NCBI GenBank assembly: GCA_017642445.1
Contig: JAGCPA010000089.1
Span: forward strand, 368-64,367
Direction: 5' to 3'
DNA: 64,000 bases
DNA from: Spirochaetia bacterium
GTDB lineage: Bacteria > Spirochaetota > Spirochaetia > CADAEX01
The notes under the pieces are model-generated. The model was not told the DNA's origin. It ran no database searches and worked only from the letters and a program-made list of their open reading frames with translations. The translations under genes were made by a program, and so were the position numbers. Shown piece by piece: positions 19,899 through 29,635 of this stretch; the stretch's first letter is position 1; each line of letters begins with the position of its first letter.

Positions 19899-21089
19899 TC
19901 AAATCTCCTTTCTCAAAACCTTATATGCTCTCTCGAAGCCCTTTGCAGAGCCCTCGATAACTGAGTCCGCCACACAGAACGCTATGCGGAAGTAGCCAGG
20001 AGCGCCGAAACCGCGGCCTGGGACAACCAGCACATTCTCCTTCTGCAGTGTATCAACAGCCTTAAGGTCATCGCCGCCCGGAGCCTTGGGGAACAGGTAG
20101 AAAGCCCCCTCAGGCTTCACGAACTCATAACCTATATTGCCCAGAATCTCGCAGATCCTGTTTCTCTTCTTCTCGTAGAAGCTTATGTCAACGCTCTTTC
20201 CAAGCATCTCGGCCACAACCTTCTGCATCACAGCCGGTGCATTCACATAGCCAAGCACTCTGGTGCACAGCACAATGCCGTCGATCAGCATGCTCACATC
20301 CTCAGCCTTGGGGCTCACAACCACATAGCCGATCCGCTGGCCCGGAATAGAGAGGTCTTTGGAGAATGATGTGCTTATGATTGAGTTCTCGTAGGCTGCG
20401 AATGTTCCTGGAACTGTGTTGCCGTCGAAGATTATCTTCTTGTATGGCTCGTCGCTGATAAGGTAGATGGCTCTGGAGTATTCCACGCTCTTCCTGCGCA
20501 GAAGCTCTGCCAGCTTGTTAATGGTCTCCTGCGGATATACGCGGCCCGACGGGTTGTTTGGGGAGTTGATGATCATAGCAGCTGTGTGCCTGTCGATCAC
20601 CTTCTCAAGCCCTTCCAGGTTAAGGTCCAGGTCATCCTTGCATGGCACAGCGATAAGCTTTCCGCCGTGGTTTGCCGCATATGCGGTATACTCTGCGAAG
20701 AACGGAGCGCTCACCACCACGTTGTCGCCCGGGTTCAGGATAGTCTTGAGGACTGAGTTCATACCGCCGGCTGCCCCGCAGGACATGATTACGTTCTTGG
20801 CCGGAATCTTGACCTTCTCGATGCTGCCAACATAGTCTGCCACCTTCTGGCGTACATCCAGATAGCCGGCGTTGGCCATGTAGCCGTATTTTCCCTTGGC
20901 CGGGGTCTTTATATAGTCGATAAGAATCTGCTCAACCTCTGCAGGGGGTTCGATGTTAGGATTTCCAAGAGTAAAGTCAAAGACATTCTCTGCCCCATAC
21001 TTTGCGGCAAGCTCTGCACCTGCCTCAAACATCTTGCGGATCCAGGAGGAATTTTTCATGGATTCTACAATCTGAGATGAAACTGCCAT
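19899..21089 (-). CDS. Class I/II PLP-dependent aminotransferase. It probably feeds IorAB.
   Basis: Aminotransferase fold. The start is chosen at the ATG at 21089, which has an AGAGGT RBS. The ORF as given runs on to 21131. Confidence 0.75.
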   Translation of the reverse strand: MAVSSQIVESMKNSSWIRKMFEAGAELAAKYGAENVFDFTLGNPNIEPPAEVEQILIDYIKTPAKGKYGYMANAGYLDVRQKVADYVGSIEKVKIPAKNVIMSCGAAGGMNSVLKTILNPGDNVVVSAPFFAEYTAYAANHGGKLIAVPCKDDLDLNLEGLEKVIDRHTAAMIINSPNNPSGRVYPQETINKLAELLRRKSVEYSRAIYLISDEPYKKIIFDGNTVPGTFAAYENSIISTSFSKDLSIPGQRIGYVVVSPKAEDVSMLIDGIVLCTRVLGYVNAPAVMQKVVAEMLGKSVDISFYEKKRNRICEILGNIGYEFVKPEGAFYLFPKAPGGDDLKAVDTLQKENVLVVPGRGFGAPGYFRIAFCVADSVIEGSAKGFERAYKVLRKEI

Positions 21090-21211
21090 AAATACCTCTT
21101 TTAAATGATTTTTACCCCTATATTTTATCAAAATACAAGTTAATATTCAATAAATATAACTTAATGTTATATAGTGCCCGACTGCTGCCGATAAAAAATG
21201 TGGAGGAAAAA

Positions 21212-22213
21212 ATGAAGATAGCTGTACTTTTCGGCGGACAGAGCTCTGAGCGTGATGTTTCCATATCAAGTGCATCACAGGTTTACAAGGCATTGAAGGA
21301 ACTGGGACACGATGTCATAGCCATCGATACAGCTATGGGACTGGTAAGGCCGGAGGATGAGGCTGCATTCCTGAGCAACACCATAAAGCCGCTGCCACCG
21401 GATATAAGCAGTCTCCAGATGATGAAGAACGGTCTTCTGCCCCTGATTCAGGACGGCAGGCTGGAGGACAGGGATGTATGTTTCCTCGCCCTCCACGGCG
21501 GCAACGGCGAGAACGGCATGATGCAGGGCTTCCTGGACATAATGGGAATTCCTTACACCGGCCCTAACCACACATCAAGCGCCTGCTGCATGGACAAGGA
21601 TATAACCAAGACACTGTTTGTAAGGCATGGTGTCCCCACCCCTAAGTGGCTCATGATGCCCCTTACTGCCGAGGAAGCTGTGGCAAAGCTGGGTCTGCCC
21701 CTGGTGGTAAAGCCTAATAAAGAGGGTTCCACAGTGGGTCTTACCGTGGTCAAGGATATCAAGGATTTTGACAATGCTGTCAAAATTGCGTATACTTATG
21801 ATACAGAGGTGATGCTGGAGCAGTTCATCCCTGGGCGGGAGTTCACCGTGGGTGTTCTTGACGGCCAGGCCCTGGCTGCTGGAGAGATCATCCCCAAGCT
21901 GTCGGAGATTTTCGACTACCAGAGTAAATATATGCCCGGAGGATCCGAGGAGATCTTCCCTGCCCCGATAAGCAAGGAGCTGTCGGACAGGATGCGGCAG
22001 ATTGCACTGGATGCGGCAAAGGCTGCCAAGATAGAGAGCTACTGCCGGGTAGACTTCCGTCTGGACAAGGATGACAACCTCTATGTGCTCGAGATAAACA
22101 CATTGCCTGGAATGACCAGTGCCAGCCTCTTGCCGAAGTCGGCAAAAGCTGTTGGAATATCGTTTGGCCAGCTGTGCGAGAAAATCTGCACCATGGCCCT
22201 CAGGAGAAAGTGA
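21212..22213 (+). CDS. ddl: D-alanine--D-alanine ligase.
   Basis: MKIAVLFGGQSSE N-terminus and the ATP-grasp fold, with a GGAGG RBS. The ORF's extension upstream to 21164 is unlikely to be translated. Confidence 0.9.
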   Translation: MKIAVLFGGQSSERDVSISSASQVYKALKELGHDVIAIDTAMGLVRPEDEAAFLSNTIKPLPPDISSLQMMKNGLLPLIQDGRLEDRDVCFLALHGGNGENGMMQGFLDIMGIPYTGPNHTSSACCMDKDITKTLFVRHGVPTPKWLMMPLTAEEAVAKLGLPLVVKPNKEGSTVGLTVVKDIKDFDNAVKIAYTYDTEVMLEQFIPGREFTVGVLDGQALAAGEIIPKLSEIFDYQSKYMPGGSEEIFPAPISKELSDRMRQIALDAAKAAKIESYCRVDFRLDKDDNLYVLEINTLPGMTSASLLPKSAKAVGISFGQLCEKICTMALRRK

Positions 22214-22731
22214 TGGCAAAAGAGAAGACACCGATTGTAGAACGGAAGAAAGTTGTTACAATTGAATACTCCCTTAAGGATGAGCACGGAAATGTCCTTG
22301 AGGAGAAGAATACACTGACATATCTCCACGGATTCAAGAATATAGTCAAAGGCCTTGAGGAGGCCCTTGAGGGAAAGAAGATCGGAGATACCCTTTCGGT
22401 CGCAGTTCCGCCCGAGAAAGGTTATGGCCTCAGGGACGAGAACATGGTTTTCACACTGCCCAAGGAGAACTTCCTTAGCAAGATGGGGGACGACGAGGAG
22501 CTGAACGAGGTCCAGAAAGAGGTCAAGGTAGGGATGGAGTTTGAGACTGCCATCGATGATGTTCCCTACATTCTTACTGTAATCAAGGTTGATGGGGACA
22601 AAGTTACTGTGGATGCGAACCATCCGCTGGCAGGAAAGGCCCTCTTCTTCGATGTCAAGGTGACAGAGATTAAGGAGGCGCTCAGCGACGAGCTGGTTCA
22701 GGGCTTCCCAATGGCACCGGAGGACCGGTAA
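22213..22731 (+). CDS. FKBP-type peptidyl-prolyl cis-trans isomerase (SlyD/FkpB-like).
   Basis: MAKEK start. Family-typical FKBP-domain sequence (TLTYLHGFKNIVKGLEEALEGKKIGD, TLSVAVPPEKGYG) and an insert-in-flap region. Its start overlaps the ddl stop. Confidence 0.8.
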   Translation: MAKEKTPIVERKKVVTIEYSLKDEHGNVLEEKNTLTYLHGFKNIVKGLEEALEGKKIGDTLSVAVPPEKGYGLRDENMVFTLPKENFLSKMGDDEELNEVQKEVKVGMEFETAIDDVPYILTVIKVDGDKVTVDANHPLAGKALFFDVKVTEIKEALSDELVQGFPMAPEDR

Positions 22732-22751
22732 GCCGGAAATAGAGCGAACAT

Positions 22752-22825
22752 CGGGCTGTAGCGCAGTTGGTTAGCGTACAAGTCTGGGGGACTTGGGGTC
22801 ACCGATTCGAGTTCGGTCAGCCCGA
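22752..22825 (+). tRNA. tRNA-Pro (anticodon GGG).
   Basis: CGGGCTGTAGCGCAGTTGGTTAGCGTACAAGTCTGGGGGACTTGGGGTCACCGATTCGAGTTCGGTCAGCCCGA. The anticodon loop CTGGGGG gives GGG. Confidence 0.8.
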
Positions 22826-22833
22826 CTGAATAT

Positions 22834-22866
22834 GGTGCTGCTGTAAAAGGCAGCACCTTTTTTTTA
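22834..22866. terminator. Bidirectional rho-independent terminator.
   Basis: GGTGCTGC-tgtaaaag-GCAGCACC followed by a T8 run. It sits between the tRNA-Pro on the plus strand and the convergent tautomerase gene on the minus strand. Confidence 0.7.
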
Positions 22867-23094
22867 TCAGAACTTCTTCTCGCCGTCCAGGATGAACATC
22901 TTGTCGGATTTCGGCAGAATCTCAGGCTTAACTACAGTCTCGTCCCATTTCTCTGGCGCAACTTCCTCAAAAGAGATAGAGATAGCCTTCTGCGGGCAGC
23001 CCCACTCCTCCAGGAACACCTGGTTGATTCTTTCCGCTACTCTTTTTTTGATCTCTGGATCCTTAGGCCAAGCCTTGATTGCAATGTATGGCAT
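22867..23094 (-). CDS. 4-oxalocrotonate tautomerase-family protein.
   Basis: 75 aa beginning MPYIAIKAW. Pro1 fits the tautomerase superfamily. Confidence 0.45.
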   Translation of the reverse strand: MPYIAIKAWPKDPEIKKRVAERINQVFLEEWGCPQKAISISFEEVAPEKWDETVVKPEILPKSDKMFILDGEKKF

Positions 23095-23112
23095 ATTTTC
23101 CTCCTTGAAAAT

Positions 23113-24357
23113 TTAATGCTTTCTGAATATCTCCACAGGGTTTATGCGGCCGGCGCGACGGGCAGGAAGCCAGGAGGCCACCACTGCGAAGAGCACAGCC
23201 AGAGCCGCCGCCCCGGACAACTTGAAAAGATCCAGCTCCACAGGAATCTTCTCCAGATAGTAGTCGGCGTCGAACAGGTCGAAGTGGAGCACCGCCCCTA
23301 TGAAGTCGATGATCTCGTTTATGTTTATGGCGGCCGCTATGCCGAAGGCAGTGCCCAGGGCGGCGGCACAGATGCCGATGAAAAGGCCGGTGAGGACGAA
23401 TATGCTGGAGACATCGCTGTCGGAGGCGCCGGCGCTCTTGAGCAGCGCTATATCCTGCCGTTTTGAGATCACCATCATTATCATGGAAGAGGAGATGTTT
23501 ACCGATGCAACCCCCATGATGAGTATCATGATGAAGACCAGGAACTTCTTGGTTGTATTGAGAGATGCAACAAGGCTGTCGTTGAGCACCTCCCAGTCCG
23601 CAACCCTGATGCCGTCGGAAAGGTAGCGTATCTCGTCGGCTATGGCATAGAGCTCTCCAGTATGTGGATTAGCTGTCTTGACACCTATCATCCGGCTGGA
23701 ATCCTCCTTGAAAAGCTTCTCCCCATACTCCTGGGTTATGAAGGCAGAGAGCATATCCAGCTCCTGATACCCCGAGCTGTAGATTCCTTTTACTGTGAAT
23801 CTGGTCGGGCGGAGCAGCATAGGTCTTCCAGGCACCACCTTGGCAGTGAGGAGCTTTATCTCATCCCCCACCCCTGCCTTGATCCGCTGGGCTGTCTCTG
23901 AGCTTATTATAAGGCTGTCGGGCTCCGAGAGGTCGAACTCCCCTTCTTTGACTGTAATGTAACGGCTGAAGCCCTCATCATCCTTAAAAAGGGTGTCGGG
24001 GATTCCCCGTACTGTTATTCCTGTACGCCCCTTCTCGCCATAGAGGATTCCTCCCCCCTGGGTATATGGGAAAGTATATGTCACCCCTTCGATATTCCTA
24101 ATCTTCTCAAGAAGCTCATCCTCCTGTTCAACCGCTTCGGAATCGGCCAGTGTCACCTGCAGATGGAAGCTGCTTATCTCCATGTACCGGTCCACTATTC
24201 CCTGCATCATTCCGTCGGAGATCTCCAGCACCACCACCAGAGGGATAATGCTTATGGCTGCACCGATTATGGCTCCCCGTATATGGCGGAACGCGCCGGT
24301 GCCGCTCCGGCTGAATAGAGTCCTGAATGCATAGAACAGGGAGAACCGGCGGATCAT
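23113..24357 (-). CDS. ABC transporter permease of the FtsX-like family (LolE/MacB-like).
   Basis: It has an N-terminal TM segment, a large periplasmic loop and a C-terminal FtsX triple-TM region. Confidence 0.7.
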   Translation of the reverse strand: MIRRFSLFYAFRTLFSRSGTGAFRHIRGAIIGAAISIIPLVVVLEISDGMMQGIVDRYMEISSFHLQVTLADSEAVEQEDELLEKIRNIEGVTYTFPYTQGGGILYGEKGRTGITVRGIPDTLFKDDEGFSRYITVKEGEFDLSEPDSLIISSETAQRIKAGVGDEIKLLTAKVVPGRPMLLRPTRFTVKGIYSSGYQELDMLSAFITQEYGEKLFKEDSSRMIGVKTANPHTGELYAIADEIRYLSDGIRVADWEVLNDSLVASLNTTKKFLVFIMILIMGVASVNISSSMIMMVISKRQDIALLKSAGASDSDVSSIFVLTGLFIGICAAALGTAFGIAAAININEIIDFIGAVLHFDLFDADYYLEKIPVELDLFKLSGAAALAVLFAVVASWLPARRAGRINPVEIFRKH

Positions 24358-25031
24358 ATTGTGATGAATTTCCCCTTCTCAAGTTTTACTTTGATATCAC
24401 CGTGGGATGCGATAGTCGGGTCGTGTGTGACCAGGATGAGGGAGGTCTTCCGATCCTCCACGATCTGGAATAAAAGCTTCTCAACCAGCCTGGAGTTGTC
24501 CTGATCCAGGTTTCCTGTAGGCTCGTCGGCCAGGAGGAGAACCGGGTTGTTGACCAGTGCTCTTGCAACAGCAACACGCTGCCGCTCACCGCCTGAAAGG
24601 CGCGATGGATAGAAATCCTTGCGGTGGGTCATCTTTACACTCTCAAGGAGATCTGATGCCCTCTCAGAGGCCTCCTTTCTTGAAAGGCCTGCCACCATGG
24701 CAGGAATCATCACGTTCTCAAGCGCTGTAAGCTCCTTAAGAAGATAATGGAACTGGAACACAAAGCCTATTGTATGGTTCCTGTACTGGCAGAGCCCTGC
24801 AGGATCAAGTGCTGTTATATCGGTGCCGTCCACTATTATCTGGCCGCTGTCGCACTGGTCCAGGGAGCCCACCATGTTGAGGAATGTGGACTTGCCGCAG
24901 CCGCTCTCCCCTGTTATGACCATCCGCTTTCCCTTCGGAAGGGAGAAGTTCAGATCCTTTATTATCTGAAGCTGCTCATCGCCGTTTTTATAGCTTTTAT
25001 ACAGATTCTTTACTTCCAGAATATCCATCAT
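24354..25031 (-). CDS. ABC transporter ATP-binding protein (LolD-like).
   Basis: Walker A GESGCGKST, ABC signature LSGGERQRV and Walker B LLLADEPT. Confidence 0.85.
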   Translation of the reverse strand: MMDILEVKNLYKSYKNGDEQLQIIKDLNFSLPKGKRMVITGESGCGKSTFLNMVGSLDQCDSGQIIVDGTDITALDPAGLCQYRNHTIGFVFQFHYLLKELTALENVMIPAMVAGLSRKEASERASDLLESVKMTHRKDFYPSRLSGGERQRVAVARALVNNPVLLLADEPTGNLDQDNSRLVEKLLFQIVEDRKTSLILVTHDPTIASHGDIKVKLEKGKFITI

Positions 25032-26323
25032 TCACACCTCAAAACCGATGCCGGATTCTTGACATCCAGCTTTTTGACTGCCATATATGCAGAGACCAAC
25101 GCTGCAAAGAACGCAAAGAAGAATGCAAACATAACCTCGCTGAACACAACCTGGACCGGCACCTCCTGGATGTAGAAATAGGCTGGCGAGAAGAGCTGGA
25201 ACTGAACCCCAGCAAAGTCGAACAGGTCGCCGAACAGCCTCTCGAACACCTGTCCAGGCCAGGAGACCACCTTTCCTGCTATTGCAAAGATTGCATTCAG
25301 ATTTATCGAGATAAGGAGCCCCAGGGCAACCCCCAGAGTCCCTCCTAAAAGTCCTACGAAAGCCCCTTCGGTTATGAAGATACGCCGCATATCATGCTCA
25401 CGTACCCCCAATGAATAGAGCACTGCGATATCCTCTATCTTCTCCGACACAGAGCGGCGCATGAAGTTGTAGATATTGACTCCGATGACCACAAAGATAA
25501 GGCAGATCAGGAACATCATTGCATACTTCTCCATCCGCAGCGCTCCGAAGAAAGCCTTGTTGTATTCCCGCCAAGAGATGGCCTGTGCGCCGGTTATGGC
25601 AGAAAGCCGTTCCACCAGGGCCTTGTCCCTGTACAGGTTGTTCAGCTTTATTCCAAGTTTGAAATCTGCCGGACCGCTCTGGAGCATCGGAACGCTCTCC
25701 AGGGACATGATGGCAAGATTCCTGTCGTATTCGTAATAGCCTGTCTTGAAGATGCCGGTGACCTTGAAGTCTATGTTCTGCGGCTTGAGGGAGTTGAAAG
25801 TCTCGCCCGACAGGGCCATGACCACAAAACTGTCGCCAACTTTAAGACGCAGGTACCGGGCCAGCTCGCTCCCCATAACCACGCTGTTGGCCCCCTTAAG
25901 ATTGAAGGCGCCGCCTGTCAGTTTAAGATGCTGCATAAAGCCTGCATCAAGGGAGGCGGCATCGGGGTCCACACACCGCACATTGATCGGACTCATGCGT
26001 GAGAGCCCGCCCTGGGACAGCACCTGGATATCGGCAAAGCGGACACAGCTCTTGACTCCCCGCTCGCTGCGGACTGCATCCTCGAACTCGGGGGGAACAT
26101 CCTGGGCATCTATGCGGATATGGTAGGAGCCGATCTCCAGGATAGATGAGATATAGCCCATCTGGAGACCGTTCATTACAGAGATTACAGTTATAAGGGT
26201 AAGGACACCGGCAGCCAGCCCCAGGGCCGACAGAATCTGAGTCACGTTCTTGCTGTCCCGCTCCCTTCCCCATAGATACCGGGAAGAGAGGAAGGTTATC
26301 CACCTATGCCTTGCTTTTCCCAT
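25028..26323 (-). CDS. ABC transporter permease of the FtsX-like family (LolC-like).
   Basis: The same architecture as the permease at 23113..24357. The two permeases flank the ATPase gene with 4 nt overlaps. Confidence 0.7.
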   Translation of the reverse strand: MGKARHRWITFLSSRYLWGRERDSKNVTQILSALGLAAGVLTLITVISVMNGLQMGYISSILEIGSYHIRIDAQDVPPEFEDAVRSERGVKSCVRFADIQVLSQGGLSRMSPINVRCVDPDAASLDAGFMQHLKLTGGAFNLKGANSVVMGSELARYLRLKVGDSFVVMALSGETFNSLKPQNIDFKVTGIFKTGYYEYDRNLAIMSLESVPMLQSGPADFKLGIKLNNLYRDKALVERLSAITGAQAISWREYNKAFFGALRMEKYAMMFLICLIFVVIGVNIYNFMRRSVSEKIEDIAVLYSLGVREHDMRRIFITEGAFVGLLGGTLGVALGLLISINLNAIFAIAGKVVSWPGQVFERLFGDLFDFAGVQFQLFSPAYFYIQEVPVQVVFSEVMFAFFFAFFAALVSAYMAVKKLDVKNPASVLRCE

Positions 26324-27504
26324 TCTTCTTTCTTAACTTTCCTGTGCTTGATATAGTAATTCCGCAGCACCGGCACATTGTCTATGTAGGTGTCAATGGT
26401 ATAGTTCTCGGCCGATGCATACTCGATGACACGGACAAGCTTTCCATTCTTGAACTGCTCTTCCTGCACCATCTTGTCGCCGTTATATTTATATTTGCTC
26501 CGCTCCATCAGGTTATCCTGAACCTCGGTCTTATCTATCAGGCGGGAATCCTTGTCGTAGAAGCAGAAGAGCTTGCGCACCACCTCGTTTCCCACCATAT
26601 CCTCCTGATATGTTATATTGCCTGAGCTGTCATACTTTCTTGTGATTTTCTCCTCGGTGCGGATTGTAAGGGCGACAGAGCCGGAAAGATAGTTGTCGGT
26701 GTATTCAAACTTCTCTTCCCCGACTTTGCGTCCCTCTTCCCACCTGGTGGTGTTGAGCAGGCTTCCCTCCTGGTTGTAGCGCACCGATGTTCCAGTCTGG
26801 GAATCGATGCCGTGCCACTCCATGATAAGCCTTCCCTTGGAGAAAATATAATGGTTGGTGAAAGTCTCATTGCCGTAGGTGAAGTCGGCGCTTGAGATAC
26901 GGCTGTTCACATCACGTTTCAAGGTCACTTTGTTCTTTATATTGCCTGAGGCATCACTCTCCTGGATTTCCCGCAGGAAGTTGCCGTCATAGAGATAGAT
27001 GTTGCCACCTGTCACCTTGGAATTGGTCAGAAAGGTCTCTTTCATTATCCTCTGGTTCTCATATTCAGAGATAGTCCTGGAGTTCCCTTCATTGAATACT
27101 TCCCGCACCACTTTTCCGTCCTGCTTGAAGATATCCCACCGTTTGACTTCCTTGCCAGTGCGGTCGTACAGAGTTTTTACCACCTGGTCGCCGTTGTCAT
27201 CCACCCTTGCATACCACTCGTACTCCCCTGTTCTTACCGCATGAATCTTCTCGAAAAGCATACCGCTGCTGTTGGAGATGAACCAGCTTTCGCCGGAAAG
27301 AGAGAATGCAGTGAAAAGAAAAAGGAGGAAACTAATCGGTCGCAAGCAGCCCTTCCAGATATTTCTTTTTATCAAACGGAGCAAAATCGCCGTACTTCTC
27401 ACCAGTTCCCACAAAGGCCACCGGAATTCCCAGCTTACCGGAAATGGAAAGGAGAATGCCTCCCTTGGCGGCAGAGTCGTACTTGGAGAGGATGATTCCA
27501 TCAA
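26296..27504 (-). CDS. Secreted protein built from MORN-variant/YwqK-like repeats.
   Basis: Repeated G..x.Y..nG motifs. A signal-peptide-like segment FLLFLFTAFSLSG is present. The upstream 170 nt of the ORF overlap ftsY, so the true start is probably near 27376 (a TTG). Confidence 0.45.
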   Translation of the reverse strand: MMESSSPSTTLPPREAFSFPFPVSWEFRWPLWELVRSTAILLRLIKRNIWKGCLRPISFLLFLFTAFSLSGESWFISNSSGMLFEKIHAVRTGEYEWYARVDDNGDQVVKTLYDRTGKEVKRWDIFKQDGKVVREVFNEGNSRTISEYENQRIMKETFLTNSKVTGGNIYLYDGNFLREIQESDASGNIKNKVTLKRDVNSRISSADFTYGNETFTNHYIFSKGRLIMEWHGIDSQTGTSVRYNQEGSLLNTTRWEEGRKVGEEKFEYTDNYLSGSVALTIRTEEKITRKYDSSGNITYQEDMVGNEVVRKLFCFYDKDSRLIDKTEVQDNLMERSKYKYNGDKMVQEEQFKNGKLVRVIEYASAENYTIDTYIDNVPVLRNYYIKHRKVKKEEWEKQGIGG

Positions 27505-28198
27505 GGCTCAAGGCCTCGTTGAATATCTCCACCTGAGAAAGGCCGTTCTGACCTGTGGTGGCATCTATTACAATGAATTTCTTATAGTTTTCCTTCGGAA
27601 GCTTGTTGAGGATAATCTTGTCTATCTTCTGAAGCTCCTTGATAAGGTTGGATTTGTTGTGCATTCTTCCTGCTGTGTCGGCAAGGATCACATCCTCTCC
27701 TTTCGCCTTGACGCTGTCTATGGCATCGAAGATAACTGCACCGGGGTCTGAGCCGTTCTGCTGGTTCACAACCCTTATCCCGAGCCGCTGGCCATGGAGT
27801 GCAATCTGCTCGATGGCTGCCGCACGGAATGTGTCACCTGCCGCAAAAACAACCTTCTTGTCGGTGTGGTCCTGAAGATATTTTCCAAGCTTTGCGATAG
27901 ATGTGGTCTTGCCTACTCCGTTCACTCCGAGGAACAGGAACAGGTTGACACCGTCGTTCAGCTTGAAGTCATACTCCTTTATCCTGCTGTCCAGAATCCG
28001 GTACAGAGCCTCTTTAAGAGCCTCGAAGTCGGCTATCTTCTCTTTTTTGGCAACAGAGCGCAGCTCATCCACAATGGCAACTGCGGCAGCTGCACCGACA
28101 TCCCCTTCTATAAGAGCATCTTCTATATCTTCAAAAGCACTTTCATCAATGGTCTTGGTCTTGAAAATCGATTTAAGCAGATTTCCCAATGATTTCAT
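27332..28198 (-). CDS. ftsY: Signal recognition particle receptor FtsY, NG domain only.
   Basis: [25 protein letters not shown] and DTAGR GTPase motifs. Confidence 0.85.
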   Translation of the reverse strand: MKSLGNLLKSIFKTKTIDESAFEDIEDALIEGDVGAAAAVAIVDELRSVAKKEKIADFEALKEALYRILDSRIKEYDFKLNDGVNLFLFLGVNGVGKTTSIAKLGKYLQDHTDKKVVFAAGDTFRAAAIEQIALHGQRLGIRVVNQQNGSDPGAVIFDAIDSVKAKGEDVILADTAGRMHNKSNLIKELQKIDKIILNKLPKENYKKFIVIDATTGQNGLSQVEIFNEALSLDGIILSKYDSAAKGGILLSISGKLGIPVAFVGTGEKYGDFAPFDKKKYLEGLLATD

Positions 28199-29628
28199 TT
28201 TTTTCTCCTGTCGTTGTTATATGATTGTCCCGCAATGATGTAATCCTTAAGGTAGAACATGGCGTTTGTAAACAGAGTCACAGATAGGAACAGAGCGCCG
28301 TAATAGCCGTACTGGCTGTAGTTTCTGATCCTCTGAGTCCGGTGTATCTCGTGGCTGTCGCCGGTTCCCTTGGCTCTCTTGTGAAGGTCATCGTAGGCAA
28401 GGTAGTTTGCATAGGTGAAGAATGCGACCGGTATGGAGAGGACAAACCAGGTGAGGTTCTTGTAGAAGTCGTTACGCTTGTCCAGAAGGTAATCATCCTT
28501 GTTGAAGACCTCTCTCTGAGGGAAGAAATCCAATGTGTTGCCGTTCATCTCGTCCAGGAAGACACGGCTGTTCTGGTATCCGTCTATGGAGACGACAACC
28601 TCTCCCTTTGCCCCGTTAAGAAGCATAGGAGTCTTTCCCTGCCATACAGAGTTGTAGTAGACATCAGCCCCGGTCGGGAACGATGAGACTGCAAAGAGCT
28701 TGGACTGGACAGGCTCAACCCTGAAGTCGATATCCACCGACTGGTTCTCCTCCAGCATAATCTGCTTGACATCCTCGCTCCTATTGTTGCCGGTTGCCAT
28801 GACAATATGCTCACCCGGTTCCAGTATTATGTTGGAGAGTGATCCGGCCGAGACAAAGTTTCCATCCACATAGACATCCACATCCTCGTCGTTCACTGCG
28901 ACATTTATCTTGGACCAGGGCTTTCCCAGCATATCGGAATAGAAGACATCCAGCCCTTTGTCCAGCTCCTGGTAGATTGTCTCAAGGTCGCCGGTTATAC
29001 GTGTGCTGGCAAGCTCTTTCTTGAACAGCGCGCTGTAAAGGCTTATATCTGCGACAACCACATCCTCCACCAGTTTCATGGAACCCCAGATGATATAGTC
29101 CAGGTTGTCCTTCTTGGCTCTGGTTGCAAGCTCAATAGGACTCTTGAGGACAGTATCCTTGTCCTCGGAATCGTTCAGGAACACTATGTCCCGTTCCCGC
29201 TGCACATATATCTTCTCAAGCTTCTTCCTGTTGGCCTTGCGGAGCATCCGCTTGTCCTTGGCGATAGTGGACTTCAAGGAAATTTTCCTGTTCAGATCCT
29301 TGTCCTGGAAGATGAGGGCATCATAGTCCTGATAGCTTTTCGAGAGCGCCTTCTGGCATTCATCAACATAGTCGGCCTTAATTGTCTCCCGCCGGGCAGC
29401 GATCTCATCGTCGCTCATCCGGTGCTTCTTTATAACCGAAAGGTTGCGGTATACTGCACTGCTCAGGGTCTGGCTTATGTATGGAGCATCCTCCTGGGTG
29501 CTGTTGCAGATAAGGTCGGTCACCAGGATATTCCATTCGCTGGAGGAATCCCTCAGGACCTTGTCCTCAACACCAAAGGTAAAAAGAGGAATTAAAATGA
29601 ATGTAAGGAGGAGCAGCTTTCTGACCAT
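28195..29628 (-). CDS. Secreted protein with a PEGA-like domain.
   Basis: N-terminal signal peptide MVRKLLLLTFILIPLFTF, and a PTGADVYYNSVWQGKTP PEGA-like segment. Confidence 0.5.
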   Translation of the reverse strand: MVRKLLLLTFILIPLFTFGVEDKVLRDSSSEWNILVTDLICNSTQEDAPYISQTLSSAVYRNLSVIKKHRMSDDEIAARRETIKADYVDECQKALSKSYQDYDALIFQDKDLNRKISLKSTIAKDKRMLRKANRKKLEKIYVQRERDIVFLNDSEDKDTVLKSPIELATRAKKDNLDYIIWGSMKLVEDVVVADISLYSALFKKELASTRITGDLETIYQELDKGLDVFYSDMLGKPWSKINVAVNDEDVDVYVDGNFVSAGSLSNIILEPGEHIVMATGNNRSEDVKQIMLEENQSVDIDFRVEPVQSKLFAVSSFPTGADVYYNSVWQGKTPMLLNGAKGEVVVSIDGYQNSRVFLDEMNGNTLDFFPQREVFNKDDYLLDKRNDFYKNLTWFVLSIPVAFFTYANYLAYDDLHKRAKGTGDSHEIHRTQRIRNYSQYGYYGALFLSVTLFTNAMFYLKDYIIAGQSYNNDRRKK

Positions 29629-29635
29629 CTGAAAA

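Noticed and set aside
21161-21194. A GCCGATAA sigma-28 -10-like octamer upstream of ddl.
   Set aside because: The nearest TAAA-like -35 candidate is about 22 nt away rather than 15 nt, and ddl is not a flagellar gene. This is probably chance.
27332-27504. A 170 nt overlap between the MORN-repeat ORF and ftsY.
   Set aside because: It is most likely an over-extended ORF. The signal peptide begins just after the ftsY stop, so a downstream start near 27376 (a TTG) is more plausible than a real long overlap.
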